This document shows, piece by piece, positions 48,687 through 62,000 of a stretch of DNA of 64,000 bases. Within the stretch, counting starts at the first letter, position 1. Each line of letters starts with the position of its first letter. The notes beneath the pieces were generated by a model. That model was given only the letters and a program-made list of their open reading frames with translations, was not told where the DNA came from and did no database searches. The DNA is taken from NCBI GenBank assembly GCA_002269645.1, contig NIVC01000094.1, positions 558,001-622,000 on the forward strand, read 5' to 3'. The translations under genes and the position numbers were made by a program. The DNA comes from Macrostomum lignano (taxonomy: Eukaryota).

Positions 48687-48728
48687 TTTATAAGCTCGAT
48701 AGGTTTTCCAGCCGGCCTCTGATTGGCT
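48687..48728 (-). promoter_or_regulatory. Candidate GPCR core promoter: TATA-like CTTATAAA and CCAAT box (CAGCCAATCAG)
   Basis: TATA-like element about 95 nt upstream of the ATG and a CCAAT box about 30 nt further up. Motif match only. Confidence 0.4.
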
Positions 48729-49299
48729 GCGAGTCTCTGCAGCCCAGTCTCCCTTTGCCGGGAGATTAAATCTTGGGACAAGACAGAGACGGCAGCTGCC
48801 GCTTCTTTTGTGGTAATTAACGGCTGAGCTCGAGAAGCTTTTGTCTCCTCTGCCGCCCCTTTGTCGACAACTCTTGTTGGTAGCTCTTAGATTGCTAATC
48901 CTCTTTGCTGTCTCCTAGTAGGCCCTCTGATAAGCGCTATTCCCGATCTGCACTCGTTCTGGGGAGTCTTAATCTCTTGCAAGCTTTAATCTCGGCATTT
49001 CACATCGGGTTTCGGTTTAAACAATGTCTGGCTTGCAGACGTAGGAAATTTTTCTTCATCGTCGCCTTAACCCCCTCCAAATCTTGGAGAAAATTCACTT
49101 AAGATGAAGATATCGAGATTGGCGCTTTGAGATTTAATCAAAGTGCCTTATTTCGGAAATTTCTTTCAAAGATAAAAAATCCTTTGACAAATCTTGCCCT
49201 TTTCTGTTGTGATAGAGCTGTGTTCTTGTTTCTTCATCTTCCATATTAATCTTTCTGTCTGTCTCCTTCCACTCTCCTCCTCCCCTCTCATCCCCATCT

Positions 49300-49767
49300 C
49301 CTCCTTCCCCTCTCCTCCTTTCCCCTCTCTTCCTTTCCCCTCTCCTCCTTTCCCCTCTCCTCCTTTCCCCTCTCCTCCTTTCCCCTCTCCTCCTTTCCCC
49401 TCTCCTCCTTTCCCCTCTCCTCCTTCCCCTCTCCTCCTTTCCCCTCTCTTCCTTTCCCCTCTCCTCCTTTCCCCTCTCCTCCTTTCCCCTCTCCTCCTTT
49501 CCCCTCTCCTCCTTCCCCCTCTCCTCCTTCCCTCTCCTCCTTCCCCCTCTCTTCCTTCCCTCTCCTCCTTCCCCCTCTCCTCCTTCCCTCTCCTCCTTCC
49601 CCCTCTCCTCCTTCCCTCTCCTCCTTCCCCCTCTCCTCCTTCCCTCTCCTCCTCCCCCTCTCCTCCTTCCCTCTCCTCCTTCCCCTCTCCTCCTTCCCTC
49701 TCCTCCTTCCCCCTCTCCTCCTTCCCTCTCCTCCTTCCCCCTCTCCTCCTTCCCTCTCCTCCTTCCC
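49300..49767. repeat. Polypyrimidine tract, about 15-bp unit (TCCCCTCTCCTCCTT)
   Basis: Direct reading. Confidence 0.95.
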
Positions 49768-50327
49768 TATCACCCACCCAATGTCTGTGGCAATACAAGG
49801 AATGCGATGACCCAAGCAAGGAAACGAAACGGCAGTCTTGAATGAAAAGATTTTTTAATTTACAAAACTTGGCTACAGTTCAATGCCTTTCTTCTCGTCT
49901 TGAACGATAAAATTTCAATAACTTTTGTAGGATAAAAATTCAAACTGCAAGTACGCAATTCGAGCGAGAAGATGGTCAATATTTTTACTTGAGCATTTCA
50001 TCAGCGTTTTAATGCTTTATAGTTTGATGTGTATTTACGTATTTATTAGAATTGTAGCGAAGCCAATATGCATGGAATAGCAATAAGCGAAATATGAAGC
50101 ATTGAAAAATGAAATACGCTAAAAAGCGTAAAAATGAATTAGCCGAAAATAATACACATAGATGCGGTTCTGGGTTATTAAGGTTAACCGTCAAGTCTCC
50201 CAGAGGGAGGCCACGGAGAGCAAAACAACAGGATTAAATCCAGTCAAATGGTATTGAGACTTTGCTTGTACAGTTAAGGCCATGTAGACCCTCTCCTGTG
50301 CAGCTGAGGCATGCCCTTCATTCCACT

Positions 50328-50777
50328 CGTCACTCTCCCCATCACTCTACTCATCACTCTCCCCATCACTCTATCGATCACTCTACCCATCACTCTACCC
50401 ATCACTCTACTCATCACTCTCCCCATCACTCTCCCCATCACTCTACTCATCCCTCTACCCATCACTCTATCGATCACTCTACCCGTCACTCTACTCATCC
50501 CTCTACCCATCACTCTATCGATCACTCTACCCATCACTCTACCCATCACTCTACTCATCACTCTCCCCATCACTCTACCCGTCACTCTACCCATCACTCT
50601 ATCGATCACTCTACCCATCACTCTACCCATCACTCTCCCCATCACTCTCCCCATCACTCTACCCGTCACTCTACTCATCACTCTACTCATCACTCTACTC
50701 ATCCCTCTACCCATCACTCTATCGATCACTCTACCCATCACTCTACCCGTCACTCTACCCGTCACTACCCATCACTC
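50328..50777. repeat. 12-bp minisatellite (CCATCACTCTAC) starting at the ETS stop codon
   Basis: The minus-strand unit GAGTGATGGGTA begins with the terminal Glu-stop codons GAG TGA. Confidence 0.93.
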
Positions 50778-53700
50778 GCCGTCCGGCACCGGGTGCGGCC
50801 GGACCCCGCATCGCTGAAAGAACTCGTCAGGCGAGCAGCGCACGATGTCAAACATGTCCGCGCGAAACGGTAGACATATCGCTTGCCGGAAGTTTTCTCA
50901 ATGATGCGCTTGTCATAATAGTACCTGAGGCCTCTGCTGAGCTTCTCGTAGTTCATCTTGGGCTTATTCTTCCGCCGGCCCTGCGGAGTAGAACGGAGAA
51001 ATTAGGTCAAAGAACAGCGGAACAATTTGTAAAATGATCTCGAACTGAGTCATTTTAATATCCAAGTAACTCCCTTCTGATCCCAAATCCCAATGATCCC
51101 AAATCCCAATGATCCCAAATCCCAATGATCCCAAATCCCAATAATCCCAAATCCCAATGATCCCAAATCCCAATGATCCCAAATCCCAATGATCCCAAAT
51201 CCCAATAATCCCAAATCCCAATGATCCCAAATCCCAATGATCCCAAATCCCAATAATCCCAAATCCCAATGATCCCCAAATCCCAGTGATCCCCAAATCC
51301 CAATGATCCCAAATCCCAATGATCCCAAATCCCAATAATCCCAAATCCCAATGATCCCCAAGTACCAATGATCCCCAAATCCCAATGATCCCCAAATCCC
51401 AGTGATCCCTAAATCCCAATGATCCCCAAATCCCAATTATCCCCAAATCCCAATGATCCCCAAATCCCAATGATCCCCAAATCCCAATGATCCCAAATCC
51501 CAATGATCCCCAAATCCCAATGATCCCCAAATCCCAATGATCCCCAAATCCCAATGATCCCAAATCCCAATAATCCCAAATCCCAATGATCCCGAATCCC
51601 AATGATCCCCAAATCCCAATGATCCCAAATCCCAATGATCCTCAAATCCAAATGATCCCCAAATCCCAATGATCCCCAAATCCCAATGATCCCAAATCCC
51701 AATGATCCCCAAGTCCCAATGATCCCCAAATCCCAATGATCCCCAAATCCCAATGATCCCAAATCCCAATGATCCCAAATCCCAATGATCCCGAATCCCA
51801 ATGATCCCCAAATCCCAATGATCCCAAATCCCAATGATCCTCAAATCCAAATGATCCCCAAATCCCAATGATCCCCAAATCCCAATGATCCCAAATCCCA
51901 ATAATCCCAAATCCCAATGATCCCGAATTCCAATGATCCCAAATCCCAATGATCCCAAATCCCAATGATCCCCAAATACCAATGATCCCCAAATACCAAT
52001 GATCCCCAAATCCCAATTATCCCCAAATCCCAGCGATCCCTAAATCCCAATGATACTAAAATCCCAGTGATCCTCAAATCCCAGTGATCCTCAAATCCCA
52101 ATGATCCCCAAATCCCAATGATCCCCAAATCCCAATGATCCCCAAATCCCAATGATCCCAAATCCCAATGATCCCCAAATACCAATGATCCCCAAATCCC
52201 AATGATCACCAAATCCCAGTGATCCCTAAATCCCAATGATACTAAAATCCCAGTGATCCTCAAATCCCAGTGATCCTCAAATCAATGATCCCCAAATCCT
52301 AATGATCCTCAAATCCAAATGATCCCCAAATGCCAATGATCCCCAAATCCCAATGATCCCCAAATCCCAATGATCCCCAAATGCCAGTGATCCCCAAATC
52401 CCAATGACCCCAAATCCCAATGATCCCCAAATACCAATGATCCCCAAATCCCAATGATCACCAAATCCCAGTGATCCCTAAATCCCAATGATCTAAAATC
52501 CCAGTGATCCTCAAATCCCAGTGATCCCAAATCAATGATCCCCAAATCCTAATGATCCCAAATACCAATGATCCCCAAATCCCAATGATCACCAAATCCC
52601 AGTGATCCCTAAATCCCAATGATACTAAAATCCCAGTGATCCTCAAATCCCAGTGATCCTCAAATTTCAATGATCCCCAAATCCTAATGATCCTCAAATC
52701 CAAATGATCCCCAAATGCCAATGATCCCCAAATCCCAATGATCCCCAAATCCCAATGATCCCCAAATGCCAGTGATCCCCAAATCCCAATTACCTAAAAT
52801 TCCAGTGATCCTCAAATCCCAATGATTCCTAAGTTCCAATAACTAAGACGTCCCAATGATCCCAATGTCCCAAAATCCCAAAGAACCTACTAAAGTCCAA
52901 TGATCCAGAGTCCCAGTGATCCCAAAAATTCCAAATTTTCCGAATGTCCCAATGCTCCCAAAGGTCCTAAAGTATATTTGTTAAAAATTAAGAAATCCAG
53001 AAACCAAAAATGGTTTGTCGGTGGTATCTATCTATGTCTGTCGGTGTGTGATCGTTTCGTTTCGATCATTTCGTAGAAATATGCAAAAACGGCCTTGTAT
53101 GTAGCTGCTTTTCTAAGGGGTTTTCTGGACCTGGACCTGTTCTTACAGAAGTGCTGCGGCCTGCTATTGTCTATCAGCAGCAACTGTTACTTCACTCCGC
53201 AATGGCTGAGTCTGAGTCGTTAGCGGGGCGAGCTCTGAGCGTTGGTGTATTAATGGATTAGCATAATCTCCGATGCAGGTGAAACTTAATGCAATTTTTC
53301 CATTAAAATAATTACAAAAGTCAGACAGGCCCTGTCTAGGCATAAATTTTTAAGAAACTTGAATCAAAATTGCAGTATTTTGAGTCCAATTTTTAATTAA
53401 ATAATGCACGGAACATCCGTCTGTCTGCCACAATAGCATTGCACTACGAGTGTTGACCTGCACTACACTAATGAAAGTAGGACTTGTGGGACATTTGTTT
53501 TAGAAAGGGGCATTGAAGAGAGCGGAGAGGGTGGGGACAGGGGGAGAGTGGCGGGTAGGGGAGAGTGGCGGGTAGGGGGAGAGTGGCGGGCAGGGGAGAG
53601 TGGCGGGTAGGGGAGAGTGGCGGGCAGGGGGAGAGTGGCGGGCAGGGGGAGAGTGGCGGGCAGGGGGAGAGTGGCGGGCAGGGGGAGAGTGGCGGGCAGG

Positions 53701-56700
53701 GGGAGAGTGGCGGGCAGGGGAGAGTGGCGGACAGGGGGAGAGTGGCGGATAGAGGCAAAGTCGAGGCCGCATCCAGCACAGCACAGGCCCAGGCCGCTCA
53801 CCCATCTCTTTGCCACCTCCTCGGGATCCTTTAGTTTGAACTCCCACTGCGCCTGGCCGGTCCAGCAGATGTAGCTCTCGGAGGCTGGGCTGCTCAGTTC
53901 GTCTAGCAAGAATCTCCACAGCTGGACCTGGCCGCCGCCTCCTCCGCCTCCAACGCCGCCGCCGCCACTGCTGCTGCTGACGGCTGCATCGAAGTCTGCA
54001 GCCGACGTCGATGCTGTGTCGGTAGAAGCTCGCCGAGCTGCAGCCGCGGCCAGTTTGGACGATTCGCCCGGCGGCAGCAGCCGGACGGTCCGCCCTGAAG
54101 CGCCTCGGTGACTGCCTGCCGCGATGGGAGGGCGATGGGAGGCTGGAGTCGGTGCGAAACCCAGAGAGTAACTCCTCCATCACTCCCTTGTCGACCATTC
54201 TCGTCAATCTTTTATCCTCTCCTGTCACATCTCCGAGTCACTCCTCCATCGTAAATTGCAGTACTTAACGAGAAATGACCCGCTCAGGCATGCGAGCTCG
54301 TATTTATAATATTTATAATACGAGCTTTATGTCAGGCTGCATGAAACCACCACAAATACTAGAATAACTAGATGGGCCACTCAGCACATTTGCGTGTAAA
54401 CTACTTTCAGTTCAGTACAGTAAGTTTAACAGAAGCATTTTAATGTGTTTTTAAAGCCAAGGCTCCTTTATTGGCTCTCACCCTCTCTCCCCAGTTTAAA
54501 CCCTCCAACCGCGCTTTTCCACACTACACCCCCTCCCCCCAGTTTAAAACCTCCAACCACCGCGCTTTTCCACACTACACCCCCTCCCCTCAGTTTAAAC
54601 CCTCCAACCGCACTTTTCCACACTACACCCCCTCCCCCCAGTTTAAACCCTCCAACCGCGCTTTTCCACACTACACCCCCTCCCCCCAGTTTAAACCCTC
54701 CAACCGCACTTTTCCACACTACACCCCCTCCCCCCAGTTTAAACCCTCCAACCGCACTTTTCCACACTACACCCCCTCCCCCAGTTTAAACCCTCCAACC
54801 GCGCTTTTCCGCACTACACCCCCTCCCCCCAGTTTAAACCCTCCAACCGCGCTTTTCCGCACTACACCCCCTCCCCCCAGTTTAAACCCTCCAACCGCGC
54901 TTTTCCGCACTACACCCCCTCCCCCCAGTTTAAACCCTCCAACCGCGCTTTTCCGCACTACACCCCCTCCCCCCAGTTTAAACCCTCCAACCGCGCTTTT
55001 CCACACTACACTCCCGCCCCGCCCCAATTTTTATTGCCTTTCTCTGAATTCCAGCCTAAAGCCGCCATGTACATTTCAGTGGACTGGCTAATGTACATTA
55101 TTGCTGAACCAATTAGCAAGTTATTTACGCCTGCAAAAGTGCAAGCTTGGGCTTCTAAACCTATCAATGTCATTTTAGATGCCTTTATAAAATAGCTTAT
55201 GTATTCTTCTTTGCTACTGAACTGAAAGTAGAAAGCTGTTTTACTAAGCATATATGCCTGAGTGGCCCATCTAGTTATTTTAGTTCCTGGACCGACGTGA
55301 ATGCAACTGCAATACCTGGTAATATCTTACTTAAAGTAACAATAGCAGAATATTAGTTTGCATAAAATTATTTACAAGGAACGTTTACTTGATGCTCTAC
55401 TGATAGTAGAAATATAAGAAACATACGTTAAAAAACTAACGACACACAACTTACACTTTGCAGTCTTCTGCTGCCGCAGCGGCTGCTGTTGGCATTGCTC
55501 GGCCGGCTCGGTTTTGAAGTCGTCTTTTGCTGCTACTGGAAAATGCTGCTGAATCGATGACGCGCCGGCTGTTGCCATGGCAGCACCGGGGAAGTTGTTG
55601 GTTAGAAACATCTGATGCTGTTGCTGGTAAACTGACTGACTGATTGCGGTTTGATAATCAGCTGACTCGGCTGCGCAGATGTATGCCGGTTCCTGAACTG
55701 CTAGCTGGTAGGCTGCGGGCTGGTGCTGCTGATAGTAGTGCTGGTACTGCAGCTGGTGCTGCTGATCGGCTGATAAGAACGCCTGGTCTGCACCGCGGAT
55801 CTCAATTGGGTCATCATAGCTCTGCTGTAGATGCTGCTGCTGCACCTGATATACTGGCGGCAGCTGGCACTGCTGATAATAGACAGCAGCTCCTGTGCGA
55901 TTTGGGTGGCGCCAAAGCAGTTCAGTGATGTTTTATTGAGATTTTTGTCTATGTTTAATCCAGGACACCTGGCTCACTGTCCGGCTGTGCAAGACTAACC
56001 ATTTGACTGAGTCCTCTATTGAGGTAGAGGGACAAAATCCGCTTCCCATGTCTCATCTCCCCCATTTCTCCTATGTCTCTCCAATCTCCCTCATCTCTCT
56101 TTCCCATCTCTCCCATCTCTCTCATCTCTCCCATTTCCCTATGTCTCTCCAATCTCCCTCATCTCTCTTTCCCATCTCTCCCATCTCTCTCATCTCTCCC
56201 ATCTCTCCCCAACCTCACCCATCGCTCCCATCTCTTTCCCATCTCTTTCCCATCTCTTTCCCATCTCTCCCATCTCTTTCCCATCTCTTTCCCATCTCTC
56301 CCATCTCTCCCACCTCTCCGATCTGTCCCATCTCTCTCCCATCTCTCCCATCTCTCCAATCTCTTTCCTATTTCTTTCCCATCTCTCCCATCTCTCCGAT
56401 CTGTCCCATCTCTCTCCCATCTCTCCCACCTCTCCGATCTGTCCCATCTCTTCTCTCATTTCTCCCATCTCTCCGATCTCTCCCACCTCTCCGATCTGTC
56501 CCATCTCTTCTCTCATTTCTCCCATCTCTCCGATCTCTCCCACCTCTCCGATCTGTCCCATCTCTCTCCCATCTCTCCCATCTCTCCAATCTCTTTCCTA
56601 TCTCTTTCCCATCTCTCCCATCTCTCCCACCTCTCCGATCTGTCCCATCTCTTCTCTCATTTCTCCCATCTCTCCGATCTCTCCCACCTCTCCGATCTGT

Positions 56701-57515
56701 CCCATCTCTCTCCCATCTCTCCCATCTCTCCGATCTCTCCCACCTCTCCGATCTGTCCCATCTCTTCTCTCATTTCTCCCATCTCTCCGATCTCTCCCAC
56801 CTCTCCGATCTGTCCCATCTCTCTCCCATCTCTCCCATCTCTCCAATCTCTTTCCTATCTCTTTCCCATCTCTCCCATCTCTCCCACCTCTCCGATCTGT
56901 CCCATCTCTTCTCTCATTTCTCCCATCTCTCCGATCTCTCCCACCTCTCCGATCTGTCCCATCTCTCTCTCTTCTCTCCCATCTCTCCAATCTCTGTCCC
57001 ATCTCTTTCCCATCTCTCCCATCTCTCCCATCTCTCCGATCTGTCCCATCTCTTCTCTCATTTCTCCCACCTCTCCGATCTGTCCCATCTCTTCTCTCAT
57101 TTCTCCCATCTCTCCGATCTCTCCCATCTCTCTCCCATCTCTCCCATCTCTCTCCCAGCTCTTTCCCATCTCTTTCCCATCTCTCCCATCTCTCTCCCAG
57201 CTCTTTCCCATCTCTTTCCCATCTCTCCCATCTCTCTTATCTCCCTCACTCACCCTGAGCTGCCCCAGTCAGAGCAGCACCATCTGGCCAGCCGCTGTAG
57301 CAACCGGTCCCTGCGGCGGCGGCCATCCTGTTGGCAGACTCGACAGCTTCCGGGCCGCCGCCGCAACTCGGCGCTGCAACGTCAGAAAACAGCAGGTGCT
57401 GCGGCTGAACGAGGGGTCCAGGCTGGTGCTGCAGTTGATAATGACCCACTTCCACCTGCTGTTGTTGCTGCAGCAGCTGCTGCTGCTGCTGCGCCTCACT
57501 CTGCGCTGACGGCAT
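50772..57515 (-). CDS. ETS transcription factor, ETS1/2 (pointed) class, join(57515..57254, 55892..55455, 54115..53802, 50980..50772), about 407 aa, with an apparent 1-nt frameshift near 50860. No PNT domain seen.
   Basis: [33 protein letters not shown]|[39 protein letters not shown]. Gln-rich N-terminal exons join in phase 1, 1, 0 via GT-AG sites. The ETS domain is certain; the upstream exon model is less so. Confidence 0.88.
51078..52930. repeat. Intronic minisatellite of the ETS gene, 16/17-bp unit (GATCCC(C)AAATCCCAAT)
   Basis: Direct reading; GGG-rich on the minus (sense) strand. Confidence 0.96.
53538..53748. repeat. 18-bp G-rich minisatellite (GGGGGAGAGTGGCGGGCA) about 50 nt inside the last ETS intron
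   Basis: Direct reading. Confidence 0.92.
54478..55012. repeat. 48-bp minisatellite (CAGTTTAAACCCTCCAACCGCGCTTTTCCACACTACACCCCCTCCCCC) in ETS intron 2
   Basis: Direct reading, about 11 copies. Confidence 0.94.
56045..57245. repeat. Pyrimidine-rich degenerate repeat (CCCATCTCT core) in ETS intron 1
   Basis: Direct reading. Confidence 0.94.
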
Positions 57516-57552
57516 CGAATCAGTTCGAGTTGTGAAATTTTCAATCGCTCGC

Positions 57553-57690
57553 TTTTCCTGTTTTGCCGGAAGAGAGCCGAGACCTCCGCCGTGCACGCAG
57601 CCTTATGCAGCCCCGTCCGTGTTAGTTGGCCTTTTTTGCATTGGCAATCATGGCCTGCCTCCCTGCCCTTCCAGCTCGCTTCTCATTGGC
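57553..57690 (-). promoter_or_regulatory. Candidate ETS-gene promoter/5' region: ETS sites (CCGGAAG 57566-57572; CAGGAAA) and two CCAAT boxes (57640, 57685)
   Basis: Motif matches in a CpG-rich unique stretch between the ATG and the upstream array. Confidence 0.4.
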
Positions 57691-57754
57691 TGCGCGAACG
57701 CAACGGCTGCGACCGAGGTCGGCTAATGGCGCTCTCTGGTGATGATAATGATGA

Positions 57755-58470
57755 GCGATTCTCTGAGATAACGAGAGATTCTCCGAGATAATGAGCGATT
57801 CTCTGAGATATTGGAGCGATTCTCTGAGATAATGAGCCATTTTCTGACATATTGACCATTTTTCTGAGTTATTGAGTGTTTCTCTGAGATAATGAGAGAT
57901 TCTCTGAGATAATGAGCGATTCTCTGAGATAATGAGCGATTCTCTGAGATAATGAGCGATTCTCTGAGATAATGAGCGATTCTCTGAGATAATGAGCCAT
58001 TTTCTGAGATAATGAGCGATTCTCTGAGATAATGAGCGATTCTCTGAGATAATGAGCGATTCTCTGAGATAATGAGCGATGCTGAGAGATAATGAGCGAT
58101 GCTGAGAGATAATGAGCGATTCTCTGAGATAATGAGCGATTCTCTGAGATAATGAGCGATTCTCTGAGATAATGAGCCATTTTCTGAGATAATGAGCGAT
58201 TCTCTGAGATAATGAGCGATTCTCTGAGATAATGAGCCATTTTCTGAGATAATGAGCGATTCTCTGAGATAATGAGCGATTCTCTGAGATAATGAGCGAT
58301 GCTGAGAGATAATGAGCGATGCTGAGAGATAATGAGCGATGCTGAGAGATAATGAGCGATGCTGAGAGATAATGAGCGATGCTGAGAGATAATGAGCGAT
58401 TCTCTGAGATAATGAGCGATTCTCCGAGATAATGAGCGATTCTCTGAGATAATGAGCGATTCTCTGAGTA
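57755..58470. repeat. 20-bp minisatellite (GAGATAATGAGCGATTCTCT) directly upstream of the ETS gene
   Basis: Direct reading, about 35 copies, each with AGATAA. Confidence 0.96.
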
Positions 58471-59024
58471 ATAATGATTGATTTTTCAGAACAGGGTTGG
58501 TATTTAAAAGTAAAACATATCGGAGCTGATTAGGTTGAGTTTAACCCCCGTCAGTCGCCTTCAATTACTGCAGTTACCAGCAGTAACTGAAGAGTCCAAC
58601 TAACAGGCATGCATATTCAAATAATTATTAATAATTCAAATTCCAGTGGTTAGGCAGGCAACAGTTACGACAAGAATTGAACATGTAATTTTGGCTGCAG
58701 TGTCTGCACAGGTGACAGTGCGAACCGGCAGGGGTTTGCAATGCATAATATTTGCATATGAAATTAGTCCTGCGAAATTTCCCTCTATGGCTTGAACTGT
58801 ATCGGGGGCCGCTGGCGGCTTGGATTCTCAGCGTTCGAAGTGTCATCTTTCCTTCGATGACCATCTCCCCTCCCAATCTCGTATCGAGTAACGGGCAAAA
58901 GTTTTATAGAAATTCCTGGCATTGTGTAGAAATTCATTTTGACTCCAAACATTCGCGTTGAGTGAACTGCAATTTGTACATGCTGATGTTGGAATAGAAT
59001 TTCGTAGTTTGAAACAGCCTAAGT

Positions 59025-62000
59025 ACTGAGTGCCATTACAAATTCCCGAGTGCCATGATAAACTACTGAGTGCCATTACAAACTCCCGAGTGCCATGATA
59101 AACTACTGAGTGCCATTACAAACTCCGAGTGCCATGATAAACTACTGAGTGCCATGATAAACTACTGAGTGCCATTATAAACTACTGAGTGCCATTACAA
59201 ACTACTGAGTGCCATTACAAACTACTGAGTGCCATAATAAACTACTGAGTGCCATTACAAACTACTGAGTGCCATTATAAACTACTGAGTGCCAGTAAAA
59301 ACTCACGAGTGCCATGATAAACTACTGAGTGCCATGATAAACTACTGAGTGCCATTATAAACTACTGAGTGCCATTACAAACTACTGAGTGCCATTACAA
59401 ACTACTGAGTGCCATAATAAACTACTGAGTGCCATTACAAACTACTGAGTGCCATTATAAACTACTGAGTGCCAGTAAAAACTCACGAGTGCCATGATAA
59501 ACTACTGAGTGCCATGATAAACTACTGAGTGCCATTTTAAACTTCTGAGTGCCATTATAAACTACTGAGTGCCATTTTAAACTACTGAGTGCCATTTTAA
59601 ACTACTGAGTGCCATTTTAAACTACTGAGTGTCATTTTAAACTACTGAGTGTCATTTTAAACTACTGAGTGCCATTTTAAACTACTGAGTGTCATTTTAA
59701 ACTACTGAGTGCCACTTTAAACTACTGAGTGTCATTTTAACCTACTGAGTGCCATTTTAACCTACTGAGTGTCATTTTAACCTACTGAGTGCCATTTTAA
59801 CCTACTGAGTGCCATTTTAAACTTCTGAGTGCCATTATAAACTACTGAGTGCCATTTTAACCTACTGAGTGCCAGTTTACCCACTGAGTGCCAGTTTAAA
59901 CTACTGAGTGTCATTTTAAACTACTGAGTGCCATTTTAAAATACTGAGTGCCATTTTAACCTACTGAGTGCCAGTTTACCCACTGAGTGCCAGTTTAAAC
60001 TACTGAGTGTCATTTTAAACTACTGAGTGCCATTTTAAAATACTGAGTGCCATTTTAACCTACTGAGTGCCAGTTTACCCACTGAGTGCCAGTTTAAACT
60101 ACTGAGTGTCATTTTAAACTACTGAGTGCCATTTTAAACTACTGAGTGCCATTTTAAAATACTGAGTGCCATTTTAACCTACTGAGTGCCAGTTTACCCA
60201 CTAAGTGCCAGTTTAAACTACTGAGTGTCATTTTAAACTACTGAGTGCCATTTTAACCTACTGAGTGCCAGTTTACCCACTGAGTGCCAGTTTAAACTAC
60301 TGAGTGTCATTTTAAACTACTGAGTGCCATTTTAAACTACTGAGTGTCATTTTAAACTACTGAGTGCCATTTTAAAATACTGAGTGCCATTTTAACCTAC
60401 TGAGTGCCAGTTTACCCACTGAGTGCCAGTTTAAACCTACTGAGTGCCATTTTAACCTACTGAGTGCCATTTTAAACTACTGAGTGTCATTTTAAACTAC
60501 TGAGTGTCATTTTAAACTACTGAGTGTCATTTTAAACTACTGAGTGCCATTTTAAACTACTGAGTGTCATTTTAAACTACTGAGTGCCACTTTAAACTAC
60601 TGAGTGTCATTTTAACCTACTGAGTGCCATTTTAACCTACTGAGTGCCATTTTAACCTACTGAGTGCCATTTTAACCTACTGAGTGCCATTTTAAACTTC
60701 TGAGTGCCATTATAAACTACTGAGTGCCATTTTAACCTACTGAGTGCCAGTTTACCCACTGAGTGCCAGTTTAAACTACTGAGTGTCGTTTTAAAATACT
60801 GAGTGCCATTTTAAAATACTGAGTGCCATTTTAACCTACTGAGTGCCAGTTTACCCACTGAGTGCCAGTTTAAACTACTGAGTGTCATTTTAAACTACTG
60901 AGTGCCATTTTAACCTACTGAGTGCCAGTTTACCCACTGAGTGCCAGTTTAAACTACTGAGTGTCATTTTAAACTACTGAGTGCCATTTTAAAATACTGA
61001 GTGCCATTTTAACCTACTGAGTGCCAGTTTACCCACTGAGTGCCAGTTTAAACTACTGAGTGTCATTTTAAACTACTGAGTGCCATTTTAAACTACTGAG
61101 TGCCATTTTAAAATACTGAGTGCCATTTTAACCTACTGAGTGCCAGTTTACCCACTAAGTGCCAGTTTAAACTACTGAGTGTCATTTTAAACTACTGAGT
61201 GCCATTTTAACCTACTGAGTGCCAGTTTACCCACTGAGTGCCAGTTTAAACTACTGAGTGTCATTTTAAACTACTGAGTGCCATTTTAAACTACTGAGTG
61301 TCATTTTAAACTACTGAGTGCCATTTTAAAATACTGAGTGCCATTTTAACCTACTGAGTGCCAGTTTACCCACTGAGTGCCAGTTTAAACCTACTGAGTG
61401 CCATTTTAACCTACTGAGTGCCATTTTAAACTACTGAGTGTCATTTTAAACTACTGAGTGTCATTTTAAACTACTGAGTGTCATTTTAAACTACTGAGTG
61501 CCATTTTAAACTACTGAGTGTCATTTTAAACTACTGAGTGCCACTTTAAACTACTGAGTGTCATTTTAACCTACTGAGTGCCATTTTAACCTACTGAGTG
61601 CCATTTTAACCTACTGAGTGCCATTTTAACCTACTGAGTGCCATTTTAAACTTCTGAGTGCCATTATAAACTACTGAGTGCCATTTTAACCTACTGAGTG
61701 CCAGTTTACCCACTGAGTGCCAGTTTAAACTACTGAGTGTCGTTTTAAAATACTGAGTGCCATTTTAAAATACTGAGTGCCATTTTAACCTACTGAGTGC
61801 CAGTTTACCCACTGAGTGCCAGTTTAAACTACTGAGTGTCATTTTAAACTACTGAGTGCCATTTTAAACTACTGAGTGCCATTTTAAAATACTGAGTGCC
61901 ATTTTAACCTACTGAGTGCCAGTTTACCCACTGAGTGCCAGTTTAAACTACTGAGTGTCATTTTAAACTACTGAGTGCCATTTTAACCTACTGAGTGCCA

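Noticed and set aside
45027-49767. Purine tract and pyrimidine tract flanking the GPCR as foldback-type inverted repeats
   Set aside because: Only about 11/15 identity in a two-letter alphabet, no TSD, and such tracts are common in this window.
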